From NCBI RefSeq assembly GCF_032191835.1, contig NC_083229.1:13950001-14014000 (forward strand): 64,000 bases of DNA, given 5' to 3'. Positions 1 through 12,607 of the stretch are shown in pieces. Each line of letters opens with the position of its first letter. Within the stretch, counting starts at the first letter, position 1. The stretch comes from Heteronotia binoei. Lineage: Eukaryota. Made by a program: the position numbers and the translations under genes. The notes under the pieces are model-generated. The model had not been told where the DNA came from. It saw only the letters and a program-made list of their open reading frames with translations, and did not search any database.

Positions 1-94
1 CCTTCTGCATGCTTGGCAGATGCTCTACCACTGAACCTCAGCCCCTCCCCTGAAAAATTTGCCACCAATCAACATCTTTTTTCTTTAATAACCA

Positions 95-624
95 CTAGGG
101 TTGCCAAGTCCAATTCAGGAAATATCTGGGGGACTTTGGAGGTGGAACCAGGGACTTTGGGGGAAGAGCCATGAGACATCATGGGTGGAGCTAGGAGCAA
201 GATTATAACAAGCATAATTGAACTCCAAAGGGAGTGTTGCCCATCACATTTAAAGGAACCACATACCTTTTAGATGCCTTCCCTTTGGAAATAATGAAGG
301 ATAGGGGCACCTTCTTTTGGGGCTCATAGAACTGGACCCCCTGGTCCAGTCCTTTTGAATCTTGGAGGGTGTTTTGAGGAGAGGCATTGGATGCTATGCT
401 GAAAATATGGTACATTTATTTCAAAACACAGCCTCCCCAGAGCTCCAGTTACCTGTGGATCCATTCTCCTTTATTCACTAAATGGAATCTGTCTCCGTAG
501 GGAATAATGGCATTTTCAGCAGACATTTCCCTCCCCTCCCCCCACTTTCTGATGACCCTGAAATGGGGAGAGGGTCTCCAGACCAGGGGATTAACTGTCC
601 CCACCTGGGGATTGGCATCCCTAA
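95..624. mobile_element. Non-autonomous hAT-like element, TAGGGTTGCC TIR family
   Basis: Starts TAGGGTTGCCAA, ends TTGGCATCCCTA; internally similar to the copies at 47252-47728 and 34988-35454. TSD only degenerate here. Confidence 0.7.
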
Positions 625-1590
625 ATTAACCACTCCCTAGCTAAAGCTGGTTTCCAAGATATGCGTCTCTGTGGAGGAGAGGGTGCCAAAGTAAAATCAT
701 TCTTTGGTCTTATTACAAACCTGATTAGTTTTCTTGACCGTTAAAATTGAGAGCACTCGCGTTATTTAATCAGTCTGATCCTTCCTTTGACACAACCCCA
801 TTTCTGACTGTGACTTCTCTCACGCATGCAATTCAAACGGCAGTCTCTGGGGTTTTCCCCACTGCGAGGAATCTTCTCTGCCACTTTGCTGACAGGCTGG
901 CAAAAGCATCCCTGTTTTATATCCCCCCTTGTAGAGAAATAATATCCCCCCTTGTAGAGAAAGGGGTGTGTGTTAATATTATGAGGGTTGCAAGTTTTGT
1001 ATGTCAGCTAAACATGCAGCTTTCAGTTGTCCTAAGCAAAGGTCCGCTGTTGTGTTTACCTAGGTAGGTAGGTCTGATTTTCTGAGCACTGAAATCACTT
1101 TCTAGAAATCCGGAATATATTTTTTTCATCTACACTCAAAATTTTGCTCCTGGACTTCCCCTCCACATTTTCTTGCTTTACTGGAGGAGGGAAGGGGTGG
1201 GGGGGTGCGGTTTAAAAGTTCCATTGTTCTTTCTTGAGGAATTAGATTATTGCCCTGTTTCCCAGGAAAGATATAATCTTTATGGTCCTCTGGAATGGGC
1301 TTCCCGGAAAACCCTCATTCAAAAGTAGTCTTGGAAAGTCAGGGGCAGCTCCATGCTGAAAATGGTGCCAGAGCCAATTCAAGGTTTTAAATGTAAATGG
1401 CAGTCAAAATACTGGAGCAAGACAGAAGTCAAGGCACATTGTAATGTAGATGATCACTTTTGAAAGTGCAGCATTACTGGATCTTTTTGCTCAGTGTAAA
1501 ATCAGCCTGAGAGAGAGGAATGGGGAGAGGGGATAAAGGGGGACTGAGAGTAATTTCTAGAATATTTCTCTTTAGGTCAACAAGGAATAG

Positions 1591-3081
1591 GAACATAAGA
1601 ACATAAGAGAAGCCATGTTGGACCAGGCCAATGGCCCATCCAGTTCAACACTCTGTATNNNNNNNNNNNNNNNNNNNNNNNNNNNNNNNNNNNNNNNNNN
1701 NNNNNNNNNNNNNNNNNNNNNNNNNNNNNNNNNNNNNNNNNNNNNNNNNNNNNNNNNNNNNNNNNNNNNNNNNNNNNNNNNNNNNNNNNNNNNNNNNNNN
1801 NNNNNNNNNNNNNNNNNNNNNNNNNNNNNNCACTGTGGCTAATAGCCACTGATGGACCTCTGCTCCATATTTTTATCCAATCCCCTCTTGAAACTAGCTA
1901 TGCTTGTAGCCGCCACCACCTCCTGTGGCAGTGAATTCCACATGTTAATCACCCTTTGGGTAAAGAAGTACTTCCTTTTATCCATTCTAACCTGACTGCT
2001 CAGCAATTTCATTGAATGCCCACGAGTTCTTGTATTGTGAGAAAGGGAGAAAAGGACTTCTTTCTCTACTTTCTCCATCCCATGTAAAATCTTGTAAACC
2101 TCTATCATGACACCCCGCAGTCAACGTTTCTCCAAGCTAAAGAGCCCCAAGCGTTTTAACCTTTCTTCATAGGGAAAGTGTTCCAAACCTTTATTCATTC
2201 TAGTTGCTCTTTTCTGGACTTTTTCCAATGCTATAATATCCTTTTTGAGGTGCGGTGACCAGAATTGCACACAGTACTCCAAATGAGACCGCACCATCGA
2301 TTTATACAGGGGCATTATGATACTGGCTGATTTGTTTTCAAGCCCTTTCCCAATAATTCCCAGCATGGTGTTGGCCTTTTTTATTGCAATCGCACACTGT
2401 CTTGACATTTTCAGTGAGTTATCTACCACGACTCCAAGATCTCTCTCATGGTCAGTCTCTGCCAATTCACACCCCGTCAACTTGTATTTGTAGCTGGGAT
2501 TTCTGGCCCCAATGTGCAATACTTTGCACTTGGCCACATTGAACCTCATCTGCCACGTTGACATCCACTCATCCAGCCTCAACATATCCCTTTGGAGTGC
2601 CTCACAATCCTCTCTGATTCTCACCACCCTGAACAATTTAGTGTCATCTGCAAACTTGGCCACTTCACTGCTTACTCCCAACTCCAAATCATTTATGAAC
2701 AAGTTAAAGAGCATAGGACCCAGTACTGAGCCCTGTGGCTCCCCACTGCTTACCGTCCTCCACTGTGAAGACTGCCCATTTATACTCCCTCTCTGCTTCC
2801 TATTAATTAGCCAGTTTTCGATCCACAAAAGGACCTGCCCTTTTACTCCATGACTCTCGGGCTTACTAAGGAGCCTTTGATGAGGAACTTTATCAAAAGC
2901 TTTCTGGAAGTCAAGGTAAACAACATCTATCGGGTCTCCTTTGTCCACATGTTTGTTCACCCTCAAAGAAATGTAACAGGTTAGTGAGGCAAGATCTTCC
3001 CTTGCAGAACCCATGCTGAGTCTTCCTCAATAACTCGTGTTCATCAATGTGCCTGCTCATTCTGTCCTTGATAATGGTTTC
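1591..3081 (-). mobile_element. 5'-truncated CR1 LINE (RT C-terminal half plus 3' UTR)
   Basis: ORFs 2911-3171, 2121-3014 and 1839-2108 give CR1 RT motifs (KHQHGF-like KTQHGFCKGRSCLTNL, YLDFQKAFDKVPH, PQGSVLGP, KFADDTKL). 3' end has the (TTCTTATG)n-type tail at 1591-1610. Frameshifted. Confidence 0.95.
1659..1830. other. Assembly gap (172 N)
   Basis: N run at the position where the related CR1 copy at 33145-33185 has a (TA)n(CA)n microsatellite. Confidence 0.99.
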
Positions 3082-3729
3082 TAGTGACAAAAGGAAGGCA
3101 AAGATCAGTGACTCCAATAGATGGAGAAAAATATACTCAATATATCCAGAAATATCCAAAATTGTTGACAATTATTAGACTTCCTGTGGACAGGAAGGAG
3201 AGAACCCACATTAGCGCACACACAATGGTGGACAAGTGTGGTGGGCGGTGGCATCGATGCCAGAAGGGGAAGAGGACAGACATGCACCTGTCAATGCTGA
3301 TGGCAGTCATTAGAGGTTGACTGGTATTATGCATGAATGACACAACCAAGAGAGATATTATAAAGATATATATTTCCACTTCGGTTATTATTAGAAATAA
3401 AATGTAGTTCAGACTGAGAAACAGAAGGCCTCCAAAGTCAGCAGCAGCCAAGTTCAGGATGTATGTAGTGAAGGGGCTCCTTTTAATGTGGAAACCAAGA
3501 AGACAGATGACAATTCCATTCCCCACAAGTCCAATAATGTAAATAATTGGTGAGAAGATGACAAGTATAAAGATCAAAATCTTTATCTTGATCATCGTTA
3601 GAGCTGCTTGATGTCTAGGTCGTATCATACGTATCACCATAGTGTGGTCCATCTTCCACAGGGGACGAGGATGTCTTGCTGGAATTGGTCATTGCAAAGC
3701 AATCTCACCTTTTTGCTATATAGACACTC
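3082..3729 (-). pseudogene. MRGPR-like pseudogene (TM1-TM5 only)
   Basis: Acceptor TTTTCTCCTGCCAG at 3730. ATG at 3692 reads MTNSSKTSSSPVEDGPH as in the paralogs. TAG at codon 26, a ~2-nt deletion before TM1, TGA at 3137-3139, then truncation by CR1. Motifs GLVGNGIV, GFHIKRSPFTTYILNLA and SIDRCMSVLFP are present. Confidence 0.92.
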
Positions 3730-4859
3730 CTGGCAGGAGAAAAGAGAGAAGACAGATATTGTCTCATTTCAAGCAGGTGATCAAGTAACAACGTAATATT
3801 TTTTTTAGTCTTACTCTGTTGATCTATCGAATTGTATCATTTCCAGACACCATTGTTTTAATTGAATTAAAAATGAGATGGCAAATGTAAGAAGGGGAAA
3901 AGGCAAGTGCAAAATTAGTCAGTTGAACCGTTTTTTTTTTTTAAATCATAGCTTATTCTCAAATCATCAAGCTATATCCGGAACAGAGCACAGAGTAGAT
4001 GTGAAATTTCACAGCACATGCTTAATTACTTACAGTACAGAACAGGGAATCTCAGAGTAACTTACAGTCTCCTTCCCTTCCTGTCCCCAGAACAGACACC
4101 CTGTGAAGAAGGTGGGACTGAGAGAGCTCTTCAATAACTGCTCTTGAGAAAACAGCTCTGAAAGAACTTGCGGCTGACCCAAGGTCACCTAGCAGCTTTA
4201 GGTATACAGCAATACATTTCAACCAGTTAACCCACAAAAAAAAACTCCGCAAGATCTGGTTTACTCAGTGGTCATTTGCCCTGTAAAATCTGTACCATTT
4301 GTAGATTCACAACTTCCATGAAGTTGTCAGCATTGGTACCACGTGGGTTAAACGAAACCAGTTTCCGAATGGCTTTGACTTTAGTAAATGCAAACTAGGA
4401 ACAGTACGTTTTTTTCAATGCTAGTTTAGTGGGGGCACTGCTGCATTTAGATAAATATTGATTGTTATGTACAGCTGAATTTATATTCCACAGGTCAGTG
4501 CAAATGTTTGGTTTAAAAGGGTTTATTCGTTTAGGAAATAATTTTTGAAATTAATACCTCGGGAGCTCTCCTGCTTTTACAAATTGGCAATAATTGTTGC
4601 AACCTTATTTCGTGTCCCTAGCAGCGCTTTAGCGACTCTTGATAGTTATGTGTTCTTTGTACATGCTCAGAAGTTCTATGTTTGTCTCATTGGACTGATT
4701 TTTTTTTTTTTTAAAAAATAAAATTAAGAGAAAATATGTTTGTTAACCTTTTTTTCTCGTCGCTTTCGTTCTTTAGAAGTATACAAAACTCACTGAGAGT
4801 GAGGAAGCTTCGTGTGACTTATGTGTGGATTTTAATATTTTGGAATTCGATTTTCTCCC

Positions 4860-5040
4860 ACTGCACTGTTCTTCTTTGTCTCTTTACACACCATGATGGC
4901 CAAGCACGGCAGCCAAATTCAAACTGTAAAGAAGTACCAATTTCATGATACTAATATACAATGCAGGGATAGAGATAGAAGGAACACTGGTAAATGATTC
5001 CCAAGTTCAGGATGCGGAAGACCGGAGGACAGATCACCAA
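4860..5040 (-). pseudogene. Highly degenerate MRGPR-like relic (TM2 region)
   Basis: Reverse complement contains ATCCTGAACTTGG (ILNL) and shares its flanks with the relics at 5500-6345 and 9590-9940. Confidence 0.45.
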
Positions 5041-5499
5041 GGCTTGAATTCAGCAGGAGCTCACGGGAACGCAGCTCCTGAACCTCCAGGCGGGGTCTGC
5101 ATGCAATGAGGAGTTCTCTCCCAGCTGCACACAGATTCCGGGGCTCAGGGCTCTTTTTCTAACAGGAGCTCCTCTGCATATTAGGCCACGCCCCCTGATG
5201 TAGCCAAACCTCCAAGAGCTTAGAGCACTCTTCGTAAACGGCCTACTGTAAGCTCCAGGAGGATTGGCTACCTCAGGGGGCGTGGCCTAATATGCAGAGG
5301 AGCTCCTACTAGAAAAAGAGCCCTGCCAGGGCATATGCAAATAAGAAATTGCTACTGAGCTCCTGCACCTTTTTCTCTACTTAATGACCCTTGCAGATCA
5401 CAATTTCTTTTTTTAACTTATGTATAAATCCCCCTGAGGAAGCTTAATACGAATCCCGTTAAGTATTAATATTTTGGATTTCACACACACACACACACC

Positions 5500-6345
5500 T
5501 TGCACTGCTGTTCTTCATCTCATGACCTGCAATGGTGGGCAAACGTGAACAGTTAATTGCATTCTTACAAAATCCATTAGATGATGGACATGCATCTAAA
5601 AATGCTAAAAGATACGAGTAGAAACTGGCCAGTTGTTCCAGTTATTTTGTGTATGTAGATATACACACACAAGACAGCCTTTATTGGCATATATAAGCAG
5701 GCCTCAGATTCAGTGGGAGCTCACAGGAGCACAGCTCCTGAACCTTTCTGAGAGTTCCACCTCCTCCTTCTGAGAGTTCCACCCCCTTGTCCATTGAATA
5801 AAATGTGCAGATGCATAACAATCCCTGGATGAGCTCCGCCACCTGTTTTTCTACAAAGTGATCCCTGTATATAAAAATATGATAGAGGGATGGCCAGGTT
5901 ACATATTAAAAGAGTAAAAAATCCATACAGAATAACATTAGGATCACATTAGATGATGGACATGGATCTAAAAATGCAGTGAGATCTAAGAATTGCAAGA
6001 GTGTCAATTCAAACCATAAAAAGTACAGACTTCATGATATTACTATAGCACTAAACTATTGTTTTATAACTGCACTTTACAAAAATTTTAAATTGTAACC
6101 TGTCTTAATTTTTAATCGATATATGATGGTGATTGTTTTATATTTTATTGTTGATGAGATGATGTTGTTAGCCGCCCTGAGCCTGCTTCGGCGGGGAGGG
6201 CGGGATACAAATATGAAAAATGAAATAAATAAATAAATATACGGTGCAAAGATAGAAGGAACACAAACTAAGCGATCACCAACTTTGAGATGTACGTGGT
6301 GAAAGGGTGTGGAAGCCAAGAAGACAGATCACAGTTTTGTTTCCC
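5500..6345 (-). pseudogene. Degenerate MRGPR-like relic (TM1-TM3) interrupted by repeats
   Basis: rc of 6240-6345 reads GNxTVICLLGFH..PFTTYIxKLVIA; rc of 5560-5640 reads TGQFLLVSFSIFRCMSII (TM3, cf. TSQFLLTAISIHRCMSVL). Confidence 0.65.
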
Positions 6346-6597
6346 ATAAATCCAAAAACAGGGAGAGCTTTGGGTTTCATGGTCAAGAATCTGCTCAGCA
6401 CGCAGAAGGTTCAGGTTCAATCTCCGGCATTCCCAATGAGAAAAGAACAGATAGTGTGAAGCCTCATCTAGAGACCCTAGACTGCTGCTGCCAGTAAGAA
6501 TAGACAGTCCTGACTTTGAGGAACCCACATTTGATTAATAATAAGGCAGTGTCATGTGTAAGTCATATGTATGTGTAACCTTATGTCTAAAACCTAC

Positions 6598-6840
6598 CTC
6601 CTCTGAGATGGCTCCAACGTTAACGGTTCACGATGCTCCCAACTTGTAGATGTCTAGTTCTTAAAGGAAGTTTTCCAAGCAGAACTTGGGGGCAGAGAGA
6701 CTGAGATGACAATGAACAAGCCGTAAGGTGGGTCTGCTTCTGTATGCTCTGCAGACGATGATGATAGGCAAGCGTGTGGCTGTCTTTCTACGGTGAGTTC
6801 CTAATTCCCCACTATGTGACAGTAATATCAGGGGAAATGC
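6598..6840 (-). other. Conserved ~245-nt non-coding exon (copy 1, - strand)
   Basis: Homologous to the + strand exons. Acceptor TTCTGAG at 6841-6842, donor GAG|GTAGG at 6597. Confidence 0.6.
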
Positions 6841-8749
6841 CTCAGAAGTAATACCCAGATAAATGTGCATGTGAAAATGTTATATGGTGATAAGTCTTTG
6901 CCTTATCTGTCTCCATCCAACGAACTGGTAAAAACGGAGTATCTCGTTTGTATATCCTTCCTGAAAAATGAGTGTTACATAAGGGAGTTTTGTAGTTCTC
7001 AAACACTAACTGGTGAGCAGAACAATTGGAAATAACTTACTGGATTCTCAGAGCTCATGGCAGTTTAATTTGATGTATTCGGCCTATTTTGTGCTTTTCT
7101 CTCCCCAAATGCTCCGACTGAAAAGCAAAGAATAACTCATATGTTGCACTGGCTATCAATATGATTTGATAAGCAGGCTTCTTCTGTCTCTCATGATGTT
7201 TGGCTGTGGTGAGTCAGGCGCTGATCACAAGCAGATGAGATGACAGTAACACCCCTTGCATCTGCTGTTGATAGAGGAGAGAAAGGTTGAAAGCACATGG
7301 GAGTTCTGGAGACATTGAGAGACCTTCCCCATAGGACTCTATGAATGCTGACCCACTACAGATGCAATACAGGGACAGAGGTTCTAATAACATATGTGAG
7401 AGAATTTAGGACATAGTTGTATGCTGGACCCCACTCAATTGTGTGACAAGACCATATTGCTGTCTCCAGAGCTGCCTTTCTGAGGGGAGGGAGTCCTCAG
7501 CAATCTGATGTCCCACTCCCCCACACTGATTTCCTGGGGATGATTTACAGCCATATAGTGTTAGAAGTGGGGCAATTCTGCTGAGAGAGCAGTTCCTCTG
7601 GAGAAGATGGATGCTTTGGAAGGTAGACTCTATGGCGGTGTACCCTACTGAGGTTCCTGTTCTTTTCAAGTTCCGCTTCCAAATCTATAGGCATTTCCGA
7701 ACCCAGATCTGGCAACCCTACCCCCCATTCCCCACTGACGTTCAAGGGGGACCTGGGAACCCTACTTTGGTACTGAAGGATCTGTATTGGCTGATCATTT
7801 CTTTTTGAATACAATTGAAAGTGCTGCTTTTCACCTTCAGGTCCCTCAACTGCTTTGGGTCAAGGTAGCCAATGGGCCCCCACCTCCTGCCCTGTCCAGC
7901 CAGCTAGCAAAGACCCTCCTCCCAACCCCTGTTTTTGGTGGCCCTCTCTTGCAGGCGGCCAGTTGCTGTGGTGACTGGGACTGCTGCAGCCTGTGATACC
8001 AACATGATCCCCAGGCTCACTTATCTTGCTCATCTCTCTTGGTCAGACATGAGACTGAAACCGCTTCAAACCACTTCAATGGCCATCACCAAAGTTCATC
8101 TTCAGAAGTGTCCATGTCTGCCCAGTAGTTAGGGCGGCATACTAGACAGAGTTAGGGTTGCCAACCCCCAGTTGGGGGCAGGGGATCCCCTGGTTTGGAG
8201 GCTCTCTCGCCGCTTCAGGAACCAGGGAGGGGGGGGCATTGGGAAATATCTGGTGGGCACTCCATTATTCCCTATGGAGATCAATTCCCATCTAGACCCA
8301 TAACTTGTTTGAGCACACCAAAAAAAGAGAGCTCTTCCTATCAGTCATGTGACTGGTCTTCTTCTTGGTTAGAGCTGCAGACATCCACCTGTATCTTGGG
8401 GACTTTTATGCTTTCTCCACAGTCAGTAGTCCATTCTGGAAACTCCCCATGAAGAGTTTTAAGCTTAGGTTTATTGAAAAGTACTTCTGTATAGAACTGT
8501 GTAGGTAAGCCGTCAAACAGAGGGATGCCTCTTTCATGTGGAAGAACCGGATCCTGTGCAGGCTGGGTTTTATGCAATATCGACAGCTCCTCATATAAAC
8601 TCAGTTGTCAAAATTAATGTATCATGTTCCAGTCAACACACCAATGTTTAGGGTCCATCTATACTCAGCCCTTCACTATGCAAAAGAGTCTTGGAGCAAC
8701 TTACAATCACCTTCCCTTTGTCTCCCCATTAAAATAAAAAAGGTAGTCC

Positions 8750-9015
8750 CCTATGCAAGCACCAGTTGTTTCCAACTCTGGGTGACGTTGCTTTCACAAC
8801 GTTTTCACGGCAGACTTTTTACGGGGTGGTTTGCCATTACCTTCCCCAGTCACCTACACTTCCCCCCCAGCAAGCTGGGTACTCATTTTACCAACCTCGG
8901 AAGGATGGAAGGCTGAGTCAACCTGGAGCCGGCTACCTAAATTGGGATCGAACTCAGGTCATGAACAGAGTTTAGGACTGCAGTACTGCAGCTTTAACAC
9001 TCTGCGCCACAGGGC
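8750..9015 (-). mobile_element. Sauria SINE
   Basis: rc of GTGGCGCAGAGTG..GCTGCAGTACTGCAGTC..GTTGACTCAGCCTTCCATCCTTCCGAGG. Confidence 0.85.
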
Positions 9016-9250
9016 TCTTTCATCTCCCCGTAACAAACACCCAATAAGGTGATCTACTCACTCTTCCTCTGGCTGGATAAGTCCTGGTGAATGAAAAATC
9101 TCTGGAGTTCATGGCTCCTGACAGGAAGGAAGTATTGGGGTCACATTCTACTCACAAAGCTTGAAGCATGTCATGAATTTTCATCAAAAGCAACAAGGGA
9201 TCAATTTAAAGATCAGGAATCAAAACCTTACAGCAGTAACCAAAAACTTT

Positions 9251-9395
9251 TGTTGTTCAGTCACACAGTCAAGTTTGACTCTTAGCGACCCCATGGACAA
9301 AGTCACACCAGGCCCTCCTGTCTTCCGCCATCCTCCGAAGTCTGCTCAAATTCGGGTTTGTTACATCAGTTTGTTACATCGGGTTTGTTACATCA
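9251..9395 (-). mobile_element. Short BovB 3' fragment
   Basis: Matches the 3' end of the BovB copy at 15359 (GACCCCATGGAC..CCAGGCCCTCCTGTCTTCC); GTTTGTTACATC occurs three times at the truncation point. Confidence 0.75.
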
Positions 9396-9589
9396 GTAAC
9401 AAACTAGGAGACCAATATCCAACACTAGGTGACCAATATTTTCAAGCAAAACATTATATGGAAATCTTCACATCTACAGTTTGACTGGGAAAATCAGGAA
9501 GCATTTGGCTATTGTGAAGGCGTCATAGTGACGCTGGAGCTGTGGTGCCCTGTTCCTCTCTATTAATTATTTTTTGGGAATATTTTTTT

Positions 9590-9940
9590 CTTCTCACGGC
9601 ACTGTTGTTTTTCTTGTTCTTGCATACAACGGTGAGCAAGCATGACAGCCAGTTGCATTGATATAAAATTTGTTGCATGAGAGACACCGATCTATAAATG
9701 CTGAAGGATATCAGTAGAAACTGACCAGTGATATCAATGAATTGCAAGAGTGCCAGTTCAAGCCATAAAGTACGGACTTCATGACATAGGGTTCATAATA
9801 TGCAGTGCAGGGATATAGATAAAAGAAGAACGAAATTCGTGTCCACCAAGTTCAAGACGTAAGTAGTGAAAGGATACAGACGCCAAGAGTACCGATCACA
9901 ATTTCATTGCTCATAAGTCCAATACTCCAAAGAAGCATGT
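9590..9940 (-). pseudogene. Degenerate MRGPR-like relic (TM1-TM4 start)
   Basis: rc reads IGLMSNEIVI..PFTTYVLNLVDTNFVLLL..ITGQFLLISFSIYRSVSL..QCNWLSCLLTVVC; part is visible in ORF 9523-9747. Confidence 0.7.
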
Positions 9941-10107
9941 CAAGATTTAAATGCCATGCCTCTAAGAGCTGTAGAGAATTCCTTTGGGGTTACAAATGGA
10001 GCTATTTTGAATTGGGATCCCTGTGTACCTGTTTGGTCCAGCATTCAATGTCTTGGTCCAAAATCAGGGGGAGTGCTTTGGGCTTATTGCTTGACAATTT
10101 GTTTGGC

Positions 10108-10291
10108 CAGGGCTTTTTTTTTGTAGCAGGAACTCCTTTGCCTATTAGGCCACACCCTCCTGATGTAGCCAATCCTCCAAGAGCTTACAGTGGGTCCTGG
10201 AAGAAGAGCCGTGTAAGCTCTTGAACGATGGGCTAAATAAAAGGGGTGTGGCTATATATGTAAAGGCGATCCTACAAAAAAAAAAGCCCTG
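10108..10291. mobile_element. hAT-like MITE, CAGGGCTTTTTT TIR family
   Basis: TIR CAGGGCTTTTTT..AAAAAGCCCTG; TSD TGTTTGGC/TGTTTGGT (7/8). Relatives at 5146-5325, 18179-18368 (TSD CTAACAGT/CTAACAAT), ~20485-20705 and ~28984-29098. Confidence 0.8.
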
Positions 10292-10392
10292 TGTTTGGTC
10301 CGCAGGTTCAGATTCAATCTCCAGCATTCTCAGTTTGAAAGGATCAGTTAGTGAGGAGGTGGAAGTGGCCTCATCTGGAGACTCTGGACAGC

Positions 10393-11147
10393 TGCAGCCA
10401 GTCCGAGTAGACCATGGGTGTCAAACCAAGGGTCGAATCAGGCCCCCAGAAAGCTCCTATTAGGCCCCCAACAACTGGCTGTCATCTGCTACCTTCTCCC
10501 TATCTCTTGCTTCCTTCTGCATAACAGCTTGCTTTGCCAGGCTTGCTCAATCACACAGCAGTTACAGAACAAAACTTCTATTTTCTGCATTGGCTGAGGC
10601 TCCTCCTTTGGGGAGGAAGGGGGGAGAGGGAGAACTTGTTTTTCCAGGCTCTCTCAATAGCAAAGCAGTACCACTGAGCCAAGCCTTTCTCCCTTCTATT
10701 GGCTGAGGCTCCTCCCTTCCCTGTCCCCTGGGAAAGGAAGGAAAGAGCCAGAGCTTCCTTTGCCCAGTTCCCTGGATCTCATCAGAAAGATACAAAGACA
10801 GCACCCTTAAGACAAATGAGTGATAATGTTTTAAACATGTTTTAAGTCTTTTAAAAACAATTTAATTGTGTTAAGTCTGCTACCTAATCTTCTTTAGATT
10901 AGTCTGCCAGCCTATTTTTTTTTGTTTTTTGTACAAATATGCACTCTATTTTTTTTCCTAATAGCTTTAATTCGAAAGCCTCTGTGTAGAAGAGGGGAAA
11001 AACCAAGCTTGGCAGAAAGTCGGAGAAAGCCTCCGAGAAGAGAAGTGTGTTGGAGTACACACATGACCCAACCTGAGATTGCCCGGCCCAACAAGGTCTC
11101 ATTTATGTCAGATATGGCCCTCATAACAAATGAGTTTGACAACCCTC
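10393..11147. mobile_element. Non-autonomous hAT/Charlie-like element
   Basis: Ends resemble (C)A(G)GGGTGTCAAAC / GTTTGACA(C)CCCT; a homologous partial copy lies at ~39165-39615. Confidence 0.6.
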
Positions 11148-11249
11148 TAGACAGTCCTGACATTGAGAAAGCCACAATCTGATATCCACAGAATAAGGCG
11201 CTTCTGTGTGTAAAATGCACACATATGTATCCTTATAACAAAAACCTCC

Positions 11250-11495
11250 CTCCTCTGCGATGGTTTCAATATCAACTGTTTGTAATGCTCCAAATCTGTT
11301 GACGTGTCCTTCTTCATGGAACTTTTCCAAGAAGAACTTCAGGGCAGAGAGACAGAGCTGACAATGAACAAGCAGCAAGGTGTGTCTGCTTCTATATGTT
11401 CTGCAGAAGATGTTGACGATTGGCAAGGGTGTAGCTATCTTTCTGCTTTGAGCTCCTGATTACCCACAATGTGACCTTAATATCAGGGGAAATGC
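11250..11495 (-). other. Conserved non-coding exon (copy 2, - strand; donor lost)
   Basis: Acceptor CCTAAG at 11496-11497 intact; donor GT mutated to GG at 11248-11249. Confidence 0.55.
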
Positions 11496-11598
11496 CTTAG
11501 GAGGAATCTCAGAATAAACGAGCACGTGAAAATATAATCAAGTGATAAGTCTTTTCCCTATCTGCCTCCATCCAACAAACTTGTAAAAACTGGATATC

Positions 11599-12203
11599 TG
11601 TCACGAGCTGGGGCTGAGTCAGGCAAAGTCCAGGGGAGGTCCAGGGTCTGCAACTGGTGAGCAAGGTGGGTCCAAGGCACCAAAACAGAATCGTAATCCA
11701 GGTATCACAGGTCAGAGGTTCCGAAGCCGAAGTCAGGGGGTCCAGAGGTCCAAGCCAAAGTCAGGAATCCAAAAGCCAAAGTCAAGAGCCGGCGTGGATG
11801 CTAGGATGTCAGGTATGTGACTAGTTGTTTCCACAAAGCCTCCTCCCAAAGCCCACAGCTATATAGCCCTCTGCTGCCTGTTGCTCATTTGGGCTAATTG
11901 CTGTCTCAGAGCAGCAGCCAGGATCCTGCCGAAACTTAAGCATCCTCACACTTAGAAGGGCCAGAATCCTTTCAACACTCAGGGCTCAGGGAGCGTCTTG
12001 CTTGTGAGCGTGCCGCCCTCCTCCGATCCCTGAGGTCCCGACGAAGGCGGTCACGCACACGAGCCACCCGAGAGGGCGAGGCAGGGGGGCTTGGATCTTC
12101 TTCAGCAGGAGGCAGGGGCACTGGTGCAGGTGGCAGGGGCACAGTTCCTTCTGCAGGCTCTGCAGGCTCGGCTTCTTCTGCAGGGTCCCCAGCACCCATG
12201 ACA
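11599..12203 (-). mobile_element. Solo LTR (605 bp, Gypsy-like)
   Basis: TGTCA..TGACA termini; exact 5-bp TSD ATATC (11594-11598 and 12204-12208); TATA-like CTATATAG at ~11860; the paralogous site at ~6935 is empty. Confidence 0.85.
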
Positions 12204-12607
12204 ATATCTCACTTGCATATCATTCCTGAAAAAATAGTGTTACGTAAGGGGGGTTTATAGTTCTCAAACACCGACAGATGAGTAGAACAATTGGGGATAA
12301 CCTGCGGGATTCTCAGAGCCCCTGGTAGAGTTTATTTACTCTGCTTGTTGAGTCTATTTTGTGCCGTTATTTCCCCTAATGCTCACAGTGGTTCGCAACG
12401 TGAACAGAAAAGCAAAGAGCAAGTCATGTTGTGCTTGCTATCAATATTACTCGATGAGCAGGCTTCTTCTGTCTCTCATGATGCGTAAAGTGGTTGTGGT
12501 GAGTCATGTGATGATCACAAGCAGATGAGATGATGGTAAAGCCGTTTACATGAAACTGTTGTTGAAAGTGGAGGGGAAGGTTGAACGCCCATAGGACTTC
12601 TGGAAAC

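Noticed and set aside
919-962. 21-bp direct duplication ATATCCCCCCTTGTAGAGAAA
   Set aside because: Simple local slippage with no associated structure.
11972-12204. Pro/Glu/Arg-rich ORF MGAGDPAEEAE..
   Set aside because: Lies wholly inside a solo LTR bounded by a TSD.
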